A stretch of 64,000 bases of DNA, taken from contig NW_026250428.1 of assembly GCF_024521635.1 (NCBI RefSeq), positions 434,001-498,000 of the forward strand, read 5' to 3'. The stretch comes from Tricharina praecox. Lineage: Eukaryota. Below, piece by piece: positions 13,664 through 28,035 of the stretch (positions within the stretch are counted from its first letter, which is position 1; each line of letters starts with the position of its first letter). Under the pieces are notes generated by a model that ran no database searches, had not been told where the DNA came from, and saw nothing but the letters and a program-made list of their open reading frames with translations. Both the position numbers and the translations under genes were made by a program.

Positions 13664-14369
13664 CGCGGGAGTCGTGGCGGAAATGATGGTGGAAGAGATG
13701 GTGGTTGAGACAACGAGGGAGGAGTCGATCTGCCTATTGCCTGTTTGCTGCGGAGGTTGCGGGGAATTCGTTTGTATCGGTGCCAGTGAGAGTATTGTTC
13801 GAACGAGTTGGTGCTGTGAGCTGTGTCGTGCTGGTGTGTATAGTACGAGGCAGGGAGGAGGAATAACGGACCTCTTATATAATGTGAGACCCTTCAGCGA
13901 TCCATCCATCCCATGGCGGCATGTGCTGCGTGTCCTCACAGCGCAAACAGCGCGAGCTCCGATCCCCGCGCCCTCATTCTGCCCCACTCTGTATGTATGC
14001 AAAGCCCCGACAGGAAAAAAAAAAAACTGCGTGCTGATTTGATCTGGACTCTCCGAATCAAAAAAGCAAGAAAACAATCCTCCAGACTCCAGGAGCCCCA
14101 TACGCATGGTGGGGTGCAGGCAGAAGTTAGAACAGTCAACGGCCAAAATTTGCGATGGCATGCAGCTGCTGCTGCACATGCGCATGCAGAGGCGTATCGC
14201 AAGTTCGCAATGTGACCCGTTTGCAGTTATAGGATTAGATGCTGCAGGTGTAGTGCGTCGCCTTTGGCGGATTGAGTCGTGAAAATGGCCATTGGTCCCC
14301 GCGTGGAGTAGGTACCGTAAAACATCGCGATAGGACGTCGAAGCTGGGAGGCTTCCTCTTCCTTCGTTC

Positions 14370-15600
14370 TCCACGGGGGATCTGAATGAGGAGCCCCGTG
14401 CGAATCATCTCCGGAATGCGTCGTCGTTCGGAGCTTCGTACTGCGGGGTTTTTGGTCAGTTGATTGCTTGCAAGTTGCAACTTGTGTAGATCGAGGCAAT
14501 ACCTTACCCACTCCGTTTCCTATGGCCAGCTCGACATGCATGGCTTCCCCGGTTCCCTGAAGACCCGTGTAGAACGCACCTGCAGACATCTGCAACGCCG
14601 CACCGGCCGTCGGGACGGGTGATGGCCATAACCTCGAGGCAAGGCGCCGAGCGGCCTATACTAAAACCGGATCCGGATCGGCTTTCCAACAGTGTTTCCG
14701 ACTGAGTCGGTACGTGAAAGTTGAAACTTCTTGTAAGTGAAACTCGCGTCAGCCCAGTGCCCACGCCTTGGCCCTTGGCCTCAGCCTTGCTCCTACTTGG
14801 CGTCAGTGATGTCACGCTTTAACCTTCAGGCATGCGAGCGTCGAGCGAAGGGGGTGGCAATGGCAGAGGCCCGTTCGGTACCTTCAGTTGCCAGCTTGGC
14901 GCATTCGTCAGCCTTTTCATTCCCATGGGTGTCTTTGACCCGAGCACCAGTAGATCTCACAGTCGGTCCCTCCGGCAGGGTGTGGAAGGTGGCGATCTGT
15001 TTCTTGGCCTGGATGGCGTTCGTTTAGTCAGGGCGTTGTGGGTAGGTAGTAGGTCGTCCTTCAGATATATCGGCCGTTTGTGCATCCGTACAGGTGGTGG
15101 CTCTGTCAAGGGTCGACGGCCGTTTTCAGTGCGGGTGTGGTGGCTGCGTACCTTATGGCCTTTCCACTGGGTACCATGGCGCCAGACGATGGTTTTGCGA
15201 GGGCTTTTTGCCGATGCCTCTTCAGGGCCGGAAAGCGATGGGTCGAGAGAAGGAGAACACACAAGGAGAAAGAGGAGATGGTGGTTGATTGTCTATTCTG
15301 TAGATGATTATCAAGGAAGAAGAAGAAGAATAGGAAGATCCCGCCATGGCAACCAACGTTGATGCCCACCGCTACTAACCACATTCGGTTTCTCCCGCCA
15401 ACAGGAGTCCTCCTTGACTTCCTCCTCTCGCCGACAGCTCCTCCATTGCTCCGCCAAACGGAGAACCAGTCCCCTTGAAGTCTGTTCGAGATCCGTGAAT
15501 GAACACCGAAAGTTCTGGAGGTTGTAGTCCTGGGTGTTACAGTCCTTCATCGCGGGACCTGGTCGCGAATTCTCCATCCACAGGGACCATGGAGTCAAGC
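14370..15600 (-). mobile_element. Highly degenerate LINE (Tad1-like) RNase H region relic
   Basis: Fragments across frames: IVWRHGTQWKGHK, EIYWCSG and GNEKADECAKLA (RNase H C-terminal GNExAD motif, about 14890-14930). Many stops and frameshifts; boundaries approximate. Confidence 0.65.
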
Positions 15601-18139
15601 ACGTCGACTTCGTCCAGGAGAAGCACCCGTCCCGTTATCTAGCTATGCTGCTGCCGGCGGCACACCAGATTGCTACTATCATCGATTCGATTTACGAACT
15701 CACCCGAGTGATATCCGATGCATCCCGCGCATGTAACGATTCCTGCAGAAATCTATCCTCTACAGCCCGCAGCGCAGTCCAAGACTCCAAGTTACGACCT
15801 ATCGCTGACTCGCCAAATACGACAGATGGCAAGATCCAGCCACTGTGTTTCGCCGCCCCGGACCGACAGCTGCTGTCTCGCCTCACCCCCACCGGAAGTC
15901 TCCGCAACGTAGTCACGTGGAAAATGTCGCGATGCTGGCTGAGAGGATATTGGATGGAAGCCGAATGCACCTGTGCGGCAAGGGTTGTGCGCACAAGGCG
16001 CCGTGGAATCCCATCGAGAACCTCTTACACTATACTGCTGCGAATCGCAGGATGTCGTGAGTGAGTTTGGCTATTGGCTAAAACTGCACTTGCACAGTTA
16101 CACTCACCGGACCCAGTGTATAGCACAGCGGAGTACAACACGCTCGCAGCTCGCTCCAATCTCGATAGTGCATTTTCCCTTCCTTCCTTCCTTCCTTCCT
16201 CCATAATATCTATTGTAGAGTACAGAGTTTATCTGGATATGGTTGGGTCCGGACATTGCCCGGCTCGTACTTGAAGTCTCGACTTTTGAATCGCTACCTG
16301 CACAGCACTCCAGCGCAGAGGTTCCGGCGATGCAGTGGCAGCATCAACAGAGAAAGCCATACCGGCTGGATTGTAGATATACAACCCGTGATGAAACTGG
16401 TGGGAGTGTCTGGCGGGAAACACTGCTGTGCTACAACCGTTTCCTGTAAGAGCTCTGAAGTTCGGAGGCAACCGTATTTAAGTTGGCACCAACTAGAGTA
16501 ATTGACACCACAATACTGCTCAATACTCTAGAGTCAATGTAAAGTCTAGATATAAAGTGTATAGTATCGCCCCGCACTCGAATAGACTTTTTTTATAAGT
16601 ACACTGCTTTCCACTGTCTAGGCTATGTACCTAGTACAGTAACCAAGGTCGATAAGCTTCCGGGCGGGCGCCGGGCGGACGATGTAGCTGCTCGATTCTT
16701 CGAATCCCCGGAGCAATTTACGGTACCCGCCTCCGGCATTCTTCATTCTGCACCTGCGACGGATCGGAATTCTCAGCAGGCTGGCCGCTGGCGGGCGGCG
16801 GGCTCTGGCGGGCGCTTAAATAGTGTACCAATGCCGACCGGGGGAAACAGTGAGCTCTTCAACGGCTGGTATGTACAATACAAGCTACGTCGTGGTCTTA
16901 TTATTAAGCGGCAGCGATGAAGATTGCCTTCGGGATGCAAACTATATCAGGCAATATAGATAGTACAAAGTACCTAGCCTAGGAAATCGTCCGCAGATCC
17001 GTGTGTATGTATTGTATTGTGCTCTACGCAATTCAATCACGGACGCAGCAATGTATGTACAAGGTATCTAAGCATGTAGGCTGTGGTACTCTACATAGAT
17101 CTCCCTAGGGCTAATCCACCCCAACCCCCACCCTGCGGGGTCTCTCGTCTCAGTGGTCTGTGGGGAAGGGAAATCACGTCTACATAAGCGAAAAAATAGC
17201 GGCATGGGAGGATGTCCGATATGTATTGTACATCACCAGCGACGCAAGTTACGCAACGTGTCGATGAAACCATTGAAACCGCTTGGTTGATTGGGCGTAG
17301 TCAGCCGCGTGGATATACGAGCTGTATGTAGCCTGTCATCGTCGGAATTGACATGAATCGAATTAACAATAGAAAGATACGATAGAAGTTGCCCTTTTGG
17401 CCAGCTCTACATAGAAGAAGTCTTCCCCCACTAACTAAGCCCGTCGGAAACACCCGGCGATGTCCGATGGACCGTGGTCTGTGGTCCGCCAGAGACGGGA
17501 TTTGTCATTTCGCCGGCTGCGGCGAGGCTTGGGCTCTGAACTCTGAACGCACCGTGACTTCAAGACTCCAGGAGTAACTCAGGGGACAACCACATACCAA
17601 CCGGTATATGCTACGGGTATACGTGTAGTGTTGGCTTCTAATTCTCTCGGCGGCGGTGGTGTACTCTACCCGTGGGGTTGCCGCTGCTGGGCATGATTTC
17701 ACGGGGGCAATCAAGTCAAGGCAAAGCATGCGCCGCATTACAACGGCGAAGAAAGTGCAAGAATGTGCTAGGTAGGCTACAACTTGTGCGCGGAGGGGTG
17801 GGCTGGATGAAATCACACCACTAGGATGCGGGGTTTGTGTCGTTGAAAGCCTTGGACCGTTGGACCGTTAGACCGTTGGACGCGCAGGTGTTGCTCTTCC
17901 GCTCCCTCCCTCCCTCCCTCCCTCCCTCCCTCCGCAGTGGGGGCGATACCTGAAGTATGATGTACGTGACATTGCTTCATCCTTCAGTAGATAGACGTGT
18001 GCGGCGAGCCCGCCAGTCAGCCAATTCACAATGTCAACATTATTTAACTAAGGATGAGGTAAGCATCATATGAAAACACGCCTGGGATGTCCGGAGTCCG
18101 GACTTACAAATGCGGCGGGGCACAGAAGAAAATGAAAAT

Positions 18140-18238
18140 GAAAAGAAAAGAAAAGGAAAAAGAAAAGGAAAAGGAAAAGGAAAAGGAAAAAGAAACGGAA
18201 AAGGAAAAGGAAAAGGAAAAGGAAAACAAAAGAAAAAC
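18140..18238. repeat. (GAAAAG)n microsatellite
   Basis: Tandem hexamer visible directly. Confidence 0.95.
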
Positions 18239-18358
18239 TGATAAGCAATCAATCCCCCGTGACTTCCCACCGACCACCACCATTATCCCCCCATTTCGAT
18301 CGCGATCGCACCACCGATAGTTCCGCCTAATTGCCCCCACCGAACGCGGTCGCGATGA

Positions 18359-18666
18359 TCAGGCGTCACGTGTCTCCTCGTCCGTCGTTGTCGTCGTCGT
18401 CGTCGCCGACACTTGCAGCTACATGGATAGTCCGATCAGCCCCCAGCTCCCCACACTCCCCCGCCATCCATAGAGTAAACAAACACACACACCTCCGGCA
18501 TAACAATGCTGAGCTTCCGCAGCGCACGGTCGAGCTCCTTAGCGTCGAGTCCGTCCGTCCCGCTGGGGGAGTGGGGCGTGCTGGCGCCGGAATTTGGCGG
18601 GACCGTGAGCACGCATTCCGGCGGGTTAGGCTCGACCTCGACTGTGGGCGTGGCGACGGCGAGCAT
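18359..18666 (-). CDS. 77-aa hypothetical microprotein, 2 exons
   Basis: Exons 18666-18493 and 18418-18359; intron GTGTGT...GCTGAT...TAG. Protein MLAVATPTVEVEPNPPECVLTVPPNSGASTPHSPSGTDGLDAKELDRALRKLSIVMPELQVSATTTTTTDEETRDA. Confidence 0.5.
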
Positions 18667-20731
18667 CGTAGAGGAAGACGAGGAGGTGGATGCTGCGGAA
18701 AGATGGAGAAGGAGGATCGAAGGAACCGGACCGGGGGTGAATCGCTCTGCCTCTGCCTCTGCCTCTGCCTCTGCCTCGAACGCCGCGGGAGGGAGGGTGG
18801 TTATTTGTAGTTGGTTGAAGCGGGAGAGAGGGACCAGGGTTTGGGACGAAGTTTGCTGCTATCGACGCGACCGACCGAGCGTGAAAGTATGTTCGTCTGT
18901 CTGTTTGATAGGACTATTCTTTGCACAAACTTTGAATCCTTGGTTCGCTCGTTCGTTCCTTGGTTCGCTCGTTCGTTCGTTGGTTCGTCCGTTTGTTCGA
19001 GAAGGTTGATGTGATGAGCTTAACTATTGCGATCAGTCTGCCGTATGGTTTGGTTCGGATGGGATCGGTATTGGTGTATAGTATTGGTGTACTGGTGTAT
19101 GTAGCGGACAAAGAGCGAGCGAGTTTCTTTCCTTCCTTCGGCTGCGAGCGAGGGAGTGATGGAGCAATAATCAGCCCGTCCCGGAGAATCGAGGAGGATG
19201 CAGAATTCTAAAGAAAAGCAGCGTGATCCTGATCCTGGGGCATGGCATGCTATGGGAAGAGAAAAAAATCCATCGGCGGAGAATCTGCACTTCCACTTCC
19301 ACTTCCACTTCACTTCCACAGTACAAATGTAACTACGTGCGGCCCTTTCGGCTTTCGCTGCACCACCCCTCGCTTCGCATGTTGTTGTTCGCGGCCAATT
19401 ATGCATACCTTGCTAATATATTACACACGCCGTCGATGCCCATCTCGATGTGCAGCGAAGAGATACTCCTCCGAGCCTAAGCTTAACGGTGTTGAAGGGG
19501 ATGGGGATTCTGGGCCTTGGACTCTGGAGACTGCTCTGTGGAGGTTTTCGACCGAAAGAAGAAGAAAAAGAAAAAAACAAGACCGAATATCTAATAGCCT
19601 TTGACGCACGATGCACTGAAGTAAACACTGTTATCGCTTCCGGTGTCACCGGTGGAAACCTCCGTCCCCGCACGGGCCCGCACGGGCCCGGCCCGGCCCT
19701 CGACCGCAGCTCCACCGCAGAAAGAAAAAAAGTCAAAACCTAGCTGCATCCACATGGGATTGTTCTCACAACTCGACTCGAGCTTCCTCCCTTGATTGGC
19801 CAGTAGGGTCGGAGAGTATGTTCACGCATGCGTCCACCGCTTTAACCTCAAGTTTAGGTTTCTTCTCCTTTGTCTTCGTCTATATGAACCACTACAACAC
19901 TACAAGCACTGACACTGGTTGACTATCCAGGGTCCATCGTCTACAGGACAGCACAGCAAAAATCGCCGACGGCAACCTTCCCCTGCCTGCAGTGGCGAGC
20001 AAGACGGCGTGCGAGACTCGGGCCGGAAACTCACAGAGAGACGGTCCCGGTTTCGACGGCAGTGATGATCGATTCTCGAGCTGCGATTCCTCCCTGGATA
20101 GTTACTGGGGAGGATGGTTGGAGTGCCTAAGAGAACACCTCGAAGCTACAATGTTGGTCGGACTGGGCCTGGGACTGGAACTAGGACTCCATCCAAAAAC
20201 CCAAAAACCTCTCACGACCAGTACCCCCCAGTACCTATCTGATACTCCATATCTCTCGGTTGGTAAACCCAAAGTCTTTCCCGCCCGTTAGGGCCCTCCG
20301 CAAACAGCCCAGCCCTCGCCAATAGATGCCCCAGGTGGTTCGCGATCGGGTCCCACAGTCCACTACAAAAGGTTGTTGGTCGGGCGGGCGGGCAAGACAA
20401 ATGCTGCACATGTCTGGACTCCGGGCTACCTCTGTAAGTTTTTCTGCTGGCTCCCATCCCTGTCTATGGACCCCGAGTAGACTACACACCTCTTTCTTAG
20501 AGGTTATTGGTGATATCAAGCACGGTACGAAGGCACGTCTATGCCGCGGCGTCAGTGTTTTTCATGGATGGAATTGATAGTTATGCTTAAAAAAGGATAC
20601 AAAAAGATACAAGCAGAAATAGTCAATCCCCCCGAACCCGCACAACTACCACCGCCATCGCCATCGCTATCTCATGGATTGGCTTTCACTTCCGCCCCCT
20701 CTTCGTAGTCGATGTTCTCCGAATCGCCGTC

Positions 20732-21803
<1,072 letters not shown>

Positions 21804-23142
21804 TGAGCGAGCGTCTTAGGAAGAAAAGGTGTTATCTTTGCGAGCGAATATGGGTGGATGGTTCGTGTGTTGATTCGATCGCGTGGGTGTGTGAATTGTG
21901 TCGAGGTATGGAGGTATAGAGGATATCTGAAGTGGTGATGAGAAGTGGGAAGGAGTGTTGTGATGAGGAAGTGGATGGGTAAGTGAATCTTCAAGGCTGA
22001 ATAGCCAGCCAGCCAGTGAAGCGGTCCGGCGAGGCACAATAGAAAGTGAGAGACTGAATGTCGTCATGTGATCGGAGATCGAGTGATATTGCCTGATCTT
22101 AACGGCGCCGGTGATGGTGCACGACGACGAGCGGAATACTGAATACTCTATTACGAAGCAGCCCTTAATAGCTACTAAAGCTAGAAGTGAGATGCTGCTG
22201 CTGCTGCTACTGGGGAATCTTTGTATCGCCGGTTCTATTTGACTTCAAAGAGCCAGCTCAGCTCACTGCTGCTACCGGCTATGATACCTCTACCGTTCGG
22301 GGCCACCCAATCCGGCTAGTGTGGCTATGATCTGACTAGCCACTCCTCCCATCTTATCTGATCCCCATATCTATCCTGCATATTGCTCCTCTCATGGTGG
22401 TGGCAGACAACCGAAGAGAATTGTTGTAGTTACACCACGATGCTCGAGCTTCAAGTGGGTCCAAGATTGCCAAACGGCAGATTGAGAACCGATTAAAACG
22501 AGTTTGGTACATGTGCCCGTGCTCCGGACGTACAGATGCTGATAGAACCGTAGCTCGGTTCCTCTGGATGCAGACGATGGAGGGCTTCAGCCAATAACCG
22601 ACTCAGGTCCCTTCAGCAGTTAGCTATGATGGGAAAGGACAGCAAAATACCGCAGGCCTCTAGGTCGCTCAGGAACACGGTTAGCAGAGGCTGCCGATCA
22701 CCTACCTACCTGGTACTCTTGAAGACTACCGGTATGTATGTGCGGAGATTTATACACAAGATCCTGATATGATAATATGGTTCGGATCTCGCTACGTACG
22801 ATGGGATGGTTGCGTCATAACACGTAAGTCCTGCTTACTTGTGATGGCGACCTCAGCGTCATTATGTAAGGTAGGCACGTGCTCCACTTTGGGACTCGGG
22901 AGCTGCAGGTCGGGCTACAAACAACTTCGACGACTCAATTCGTCTACCTACATGTCTGTCTGTGGCAACAGGACCGACTTCTACATGGCAACTGCTACAG
23001 GATTCACTCAACCCTCAATTACCCACTGCGCTGGTTGTACTGGTGCGGACACCACTCCGCCAATTCATCACCTCACTCCGCCAATCCATCGCCTCACTCA
23101 GTATCGGCACAAATGTACCCGCTACTCACAGATCAGCACTCA

Positions 23143-23883
23143 ATGGCGTCGCGGGCCTCTGGCAACCATGACAGAGTCGGTATATATAACCCATTCCTGC
23201 ATTCCGCACTCATCTCGATTTATCTCACAATCCCAGAACCACCAGAATACATCTCCAAGCATCTATCGCGATCCTCCCACTCCCGCTCCCGCTCCTGCTC
23301 GCGGCGGTGGAGCACACTCACCGCCGCCCGCTCGCCCGGCTCGGCCTTTTCCCACGCGTCTACCATAGCCACAGCCACATGCTCCGGCCATTCCCGGACG
23401 CGGTCGAGTCCACCCTCCACCCATCGACGACAAACCGCACCCGCCAACTTCGCGAGTCCGCCCCCCGAGTCCCGTCCTTCCCTGAGTCCGTCTCGCAGCA
23501 AGTCCGCCCCCGGTCCCGATCCCGCACCAGCTGCACCAAGCCCGAGCCCTCCCCCAAGCCCTCCCGCGTCCTCCAGTCTCGCTCGCACAATCGGTACCGT
23601 CCGCTCTCGCATCAAGATCTCCAACCTACGCAGGAGCAGGACTTCGACGGCGGCGGCGTCGACGGAGACAGAGAAGCAGGAGGAGGACGACCTAAAGCTT
23701 TCCAAGTACAAGAATGCGCCGGCGAAGGCGAAGCAGCTGTTGGGAGTTATTGAGGAGAAAAAGCAGGAAGAGGGGGCCGAGGATTGCAGTGACGTCTGGG
23801 ACTTTAAATGTACCGGCCTAGACCATGACCCCATGGCGCCCGATGAGTATGTTGGCTTGGGGTATAGGAGGAGTCGGGAATGA
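23143..23883 (+). CDS. Ser/Pro-rich orphan protein with C-terminal WDFKCxGLDH motif (paralog 1), 227 aa
   Basis: Exons 23143-23179 and 23237-23883; phase-1 intron GTATAT...CTCAC...CAG (57 nt). The C-terminus AKAKQLLG...DVWDFKCTGLDHDPMAPDEYVGLGY is shared with 37261-37996. Confidence 0.8.
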   Translation: MASRASGNHDRVGIYNPFLHSALISIYLTIPEPPEYISKHLSRSSHSRSRSCSRRWSTLTAARSPGSAFSHASTIATATCSGHSRTRSSPPSTHRRQTAPANFASPPPESRPSLSPSRSKSAPGPDPAPAAPSPSPPPSPPASSSLARTIGTVRSRIKISNLRRSRTSTAAASTETEKQEEDDLKLSKYKNAPAKAKQLLGVIEEKKQEEGAEDCSDVWDFKCTGLDHDPMAPDEYVGLGYRRSRE

Positions 23884-24831
23884 TTAATGCCAGTGTTGGG
23901 GGATTGGCTGCGGGTGATAGTTCGTACGGGCATGCAGCGTTTCAATCGATCGTTGGGGGTTGGGTATTGGGCTCGTGGTCTTGCTTTTATTGCTGTTTTG
24001 CGGGATACTGTGTTTTTGTATTCGGCTCGACGGGGGAGCGTGTGCGTATGGCGTATCCTATGCGATTGCCAGTAACCCGGGGAAAGTGGGGATTCGTGCT
24101 CTAGATAGGACAGTTACTCATCACTAGACTCTCCAATATTTAGCTGGTTGAAACAGTTCACATTCAGATGGTGTCGTTGCCAGTTCAGTAAGGAAAAGAA
24201 GGTGTCAAGTCGTAGTTGGTTCAGGAAAGTACGAGGGGCTGCTCCGGGGTAAACTGGGTGAAACGCCAGTGCAGCCAGTGCAGCCTGTGTAGCCTGTGCA
24301 GCCTGTGCAGCTATGGAAGTCCAATGAGAGAGCACCGGGGGGTGAGAGTGGGGATGCGTAGTAAAGAAGCGGCGGGAATGTATGAGAGAAGAGGATAGAA
24401 GTGAAGCACCCGTTAAGAACAGTAAATATTACATCATTTGGTCACGGAAAGAGCGAAAGTAAGGTACAGTAGTTTTAAATTTATTTTTTAGGCGTGCACT
24501 CTAATGCTAGCTATTGAAGTGCAACGGTTGAGTCTCTTGATTCTCTCTCGAGCTTCAACACGGTCAGTGTATCAAGTCAGAATCATCTTGCACTCCGAGG
24601 AGAGCCGTTCAGCCGTATATGGTTTGACGTGTCGTGCGACTCTATCGCGATGTGTTTGCCGGCCTTCTAGAAGGCCGGCACAGCAGTGTCCTTCATTATC
24701 CTATCCACCACCTGCTCGGTTGTCTCGGAGGCCTCAGCAGTCTCGTAAGAGGCCCTCTTGTTCGGATCCGACGTTTCTTGCGGAATTCTTCTTCTGCATC
24801 CACACCGTCCTCCACGGTGTGGCTGTTCGAT

Positions 24832-25758
24832 TCATGGATCGTCGGGTTGTTGAGTCACACTCGTATGGCCGTCCGCCCGTCTCCCCGTCCCCATCCTGCA
24901 GAACGTCCGGATCTCATCGCCAACCGGTAAGTAAAGACTTACCGGTGGGCCTTCTGTCCATTAGAGTCTCCGGTAAGCTTGGAGTGACCGTCTTCCACCT
25001 TCTTGGGTTGGTCTGCCCCGCCGAGTCTTCGCTGACTTTCGCGTCACTCTCTTTAACCTTCTTGTGCTTGTTCCGTCGCTCCGAGTCTCGATCGATTTTC
25101 GCGTCACTCTCTTGAACCTTCTTGGGCTGCGCGTTCTGTTGATTAGAGTCTCCGGTAACTCTAGACGCTGCAGAATGACTCTTGACAGGTGTATCAGACT
25201 CCGCAGCAGCCGGGGCAGGCTTCTTCCCGTGCCTCCTCTCGCATGCTTCTTGAAATCGCTGAGCCTCATCGTCGTGTGGCTACACTTAGCGCAAGTGTAT
25301 GTCGCCCGTTTCGTATGCACACGGACGTGGGGTGTGATCTGGTCCCGCTTGGCGCCGGTGTATCTGCATCCCTGCCAAGAGCATTGCAGACACAGGTTCC
25401 GGGTGACCTTCCGTCCGATATGGGCCTCGCAGATGTGGTTATAAAGATCATTCGGGCTGTTGAACGTCTCGGCGCAAGTCCCCCACTGACATCGTGAGGT
25501 AATGGGAGCCTGGTTCGTGGGGGCCGCGGCGGGTTGAGATGGCTGGGCGGATGCGGCGATCGACTGGGTGGCTGGCTGCTCCTTACAGTGCGGCTGCGGG
25601 CTTGCCTGCTCTTCGGCGTCCTCTTCCTTGATATGCGGCTTCTTATCCTTGATACGCGGCTTCTTATCGGCTTGCGACTGCAGTGCGGATTTCTTAGTAG
25701 TAGCCATGTCGGGGGTAAGGATTTGTTTGTTGCGGTGGGAAGCCTTTGGTGCGGACAT
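24832..25758 (-). pseudogene. Diverged PacC/Rim101-like three-C2H2 zinc-finger gene with two apparent frameshifts
   Basis: CQWGTCAETFNSPNDLYNHICEAHIGRKVTRNLCLQCSWQGCRYTGAKRDQITPHVRVHTKRATYTCAKCSHTTMRLSDFKKH follows the PacC finger pattern. The last His of finger 3 (RRH) lies in another frame (about 25238). A second shift at about 25005 interrupts a 20-aa repeat. Start (25758 or 25899) and end (24939 or, via a 47-nt intron, 24832) are uncertain. Confidence 0.8.
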
Positions 25759-25945
25759 CTTGGGAGTATCCTTGTTAGCGGCGAGTTTTTTCCTTGTGGC
25801 GTAACTGTTGCTGGTGACGTGATAACAATATCCCGGGCCAAATGGCCGCCTGGCGGTGCGAAATCTGAGGTTCGAAGAGTGGTCAGCGGAATATTCCATG
25901 GACAGAATTGGGGCACAGAGTGTACCTACGTTTCGCACCGCCACC

Positions 25946-26667
25946 GAAGCCGCTGCCAACAGGCAGCGGACTTCACCCCATGAGTTCTGTCCGGCGGCTG
26001 CAACGCCGCCGAGAGCAGATGACCCATGGGGCAGGGGGCTCATGCTCCCTGGGGACACGAAGTCCCCAACCGTCAACCATTGATGTCGACGGGTCACTAC
26101 GCCTATGGATGTGTCAGATTATACACCGGGTGCTGCATGAGTGCGAACGGGAACGAACCTCCAGAGAGTGCGAAGTAGTCGACCACGCCGCGCAATTTGC
26201 ACCCACTAATCGTGCAGACGGGCATCCCGTTTAGGCTCGAGATCCGTGCGGGTTGCCAGCAAGAATATCCGTTTAATGGGCACCACCACCACCGTTCCTT
26301 CCGGACGTCAGATGGGCAAAGACAAATTCGCCGACTGCCAAACCGGCAATCACTGCGAAGAACCAAGGGCTATACCGCCACCACCACCTCTGAAGCCGCT
26401 GCCGACAGGCAGCCGACTTCATCCCATGGGTTCTGCTCCGGCGGCTGTAACGCCGCCGAGAGCAGATGACCCATGGGGCAGGGAGCTCATCCTCCCTGGG
26501 AACATGAAGTCCCCAACCGCCAGCCATTGATGTTGACGGGTCCCTATGCTTTTGGATGTGTCAGAATATACACTGTGTGCTGCATGGGTGAGAACGGGAA
26601 CGAACCTCCAGAGAGTGCGAAGTAGTCGACCACGCCGCGCAATCTGCACCCACTAATCGTGCAGACG
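25946..26667 (+). repeat. Direct duplication of about 275 bp (25946-26220 and 26392-26667)
   Basis: Manual alignment gives about 22 substitutions and one indel. Confidence 0.95.
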
Positions 26668-26974
26668 AGGCAGTGCGAGCAGGGCCCTCCAGGGCCCACC
26701 TAATCGCACTTAACTTTGCCCCACGCTTCTTTCCCGTGCACATCAAGTGCACGACAACCACCGCAGGTATATTTGCGCTTGGTTTGTATTGAATGAAGAG
26801 GCTCAATGTCAGCACGAGCGCATATAGCCTCTCAGATGAGAGAGAGAGGATGACAGGCAGGGAAGGAAGTGATTACATACCGAAACAGAAATTGTTTGGC
26901 AGGCATGTGCTTAGTGAATTCCGGAACTCTGGTACGACTATGAGTCGTATGGAAGAAAGATTGTGGACGAATAA

Positions 26975-27140
26975 AGAAAAAGGAAGTAGCAAGGAAGGAG
27001 GAAGAGGGAAGAAGGAAGATGGAAGTAGCAAGGAAGGAGGAAGAGGGAAAAAGGAAGATATATGTAGGAAGGAAGGAGGAAGATGGAAGATGGAAGATGG
27101 ATGTAGGAAGGAAGGAGGAAGATGGAAGAAGGAAGGGGGT
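26975..27140. repeat. Purine-rich 39-bp tandem repeat, about 4 copies
   Basis: Unit GGAAGTAGCAAGGAAGGAGGAAGAGGGAAGAAGGAAGAT with variants. Confidence 0.85.
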
Positions 27141-27331
27141 AGTGATGATGGAGAGGGCAGTCGCTAGTGTGTGCGGAATTTTGAATGAAGTGAGGTTTGT
27201 TCGTGGACACGGTTCCGGAAGCCACCGTGGTGGGGATCTGTGACTAGGACCGCCGTTTTCTTTGAATGTTTACCACCCTGACGGTCCCAAAGCCTTGTCC
27301 GGTCCGTTCGACGCGACACACAAGCTCGAGG

Positions 27332-27497
27332 AGAGCGGTATGCTACCATGCAGTGCTAATCCGTCATACCCATAATCAGAGCAGTATGCTACCATGCGGT
27401 GCTAATCGTATATATGCTACTATGCAGTGCAAATCGGTCGTATCCGTAATCAGAGCAGTATGCTACTATGCAGTGCTAATCGGTCGTAACCATAATC
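27332..27497. repeat. Degenerate tandem repeat of about 45 bp
   Basis: Unit resembling CAGAGCAGTATGCTACYATGCAGTGCTAATCGGTCGTAWCCATAAT, 3-4 copies. Confidence 0.8.
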
Positions 27498-28035
27498 CCA
27501 CTACGCTGCGTCTAACACGGGCGTCTTCCATGCATATTACAAGCATGGCGTGGTAAGCCATTCGATATCCTACATAGAGTACCACCGCCACGGACAGAAT
27601 CCAAATCAAAATAAATTCAAACCGACGCCTTACAGCACAAAAAAACACCCTGGCGAGCAAGGTTACCCCGGGGACTCTCATACAGTCGAACCCTGGTACT
27701 CCCCATCTGTCCATCTCTCCCATCCTTTCGCCCATACCGCTGTCATCCCACCCTCCGATCTCCTCCGCTCGCCTGCAACAAGACGCTGATCCCGTCGTTC
27801 TACATATCGTGCCCATCACTTTCGCTGCCGTATACGAGAGCCCCCCCCCCCCCCCCCCCCACGTGTCGGTGCTGATTCAGTCGACGGGCCCATATTTGAG
27901 CCACCGCACACTGTGCACGCAGGAAATCGTATGTCAACACAGCACAGCGTCAGTCGGTCTAAGAAAGGGGGTCGACACGGACATTCGTTTTCCCAGCGGG
28001 CGCTTGGTCTGCGGTTCTTCCGGCGGTAGTTGGAT

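Noticed and set aside
13262..14374. 370-aa ORF
   Set aside because: It reads through a promoter, 5' UTR and an intron; the spliced 59-aa model fits better.
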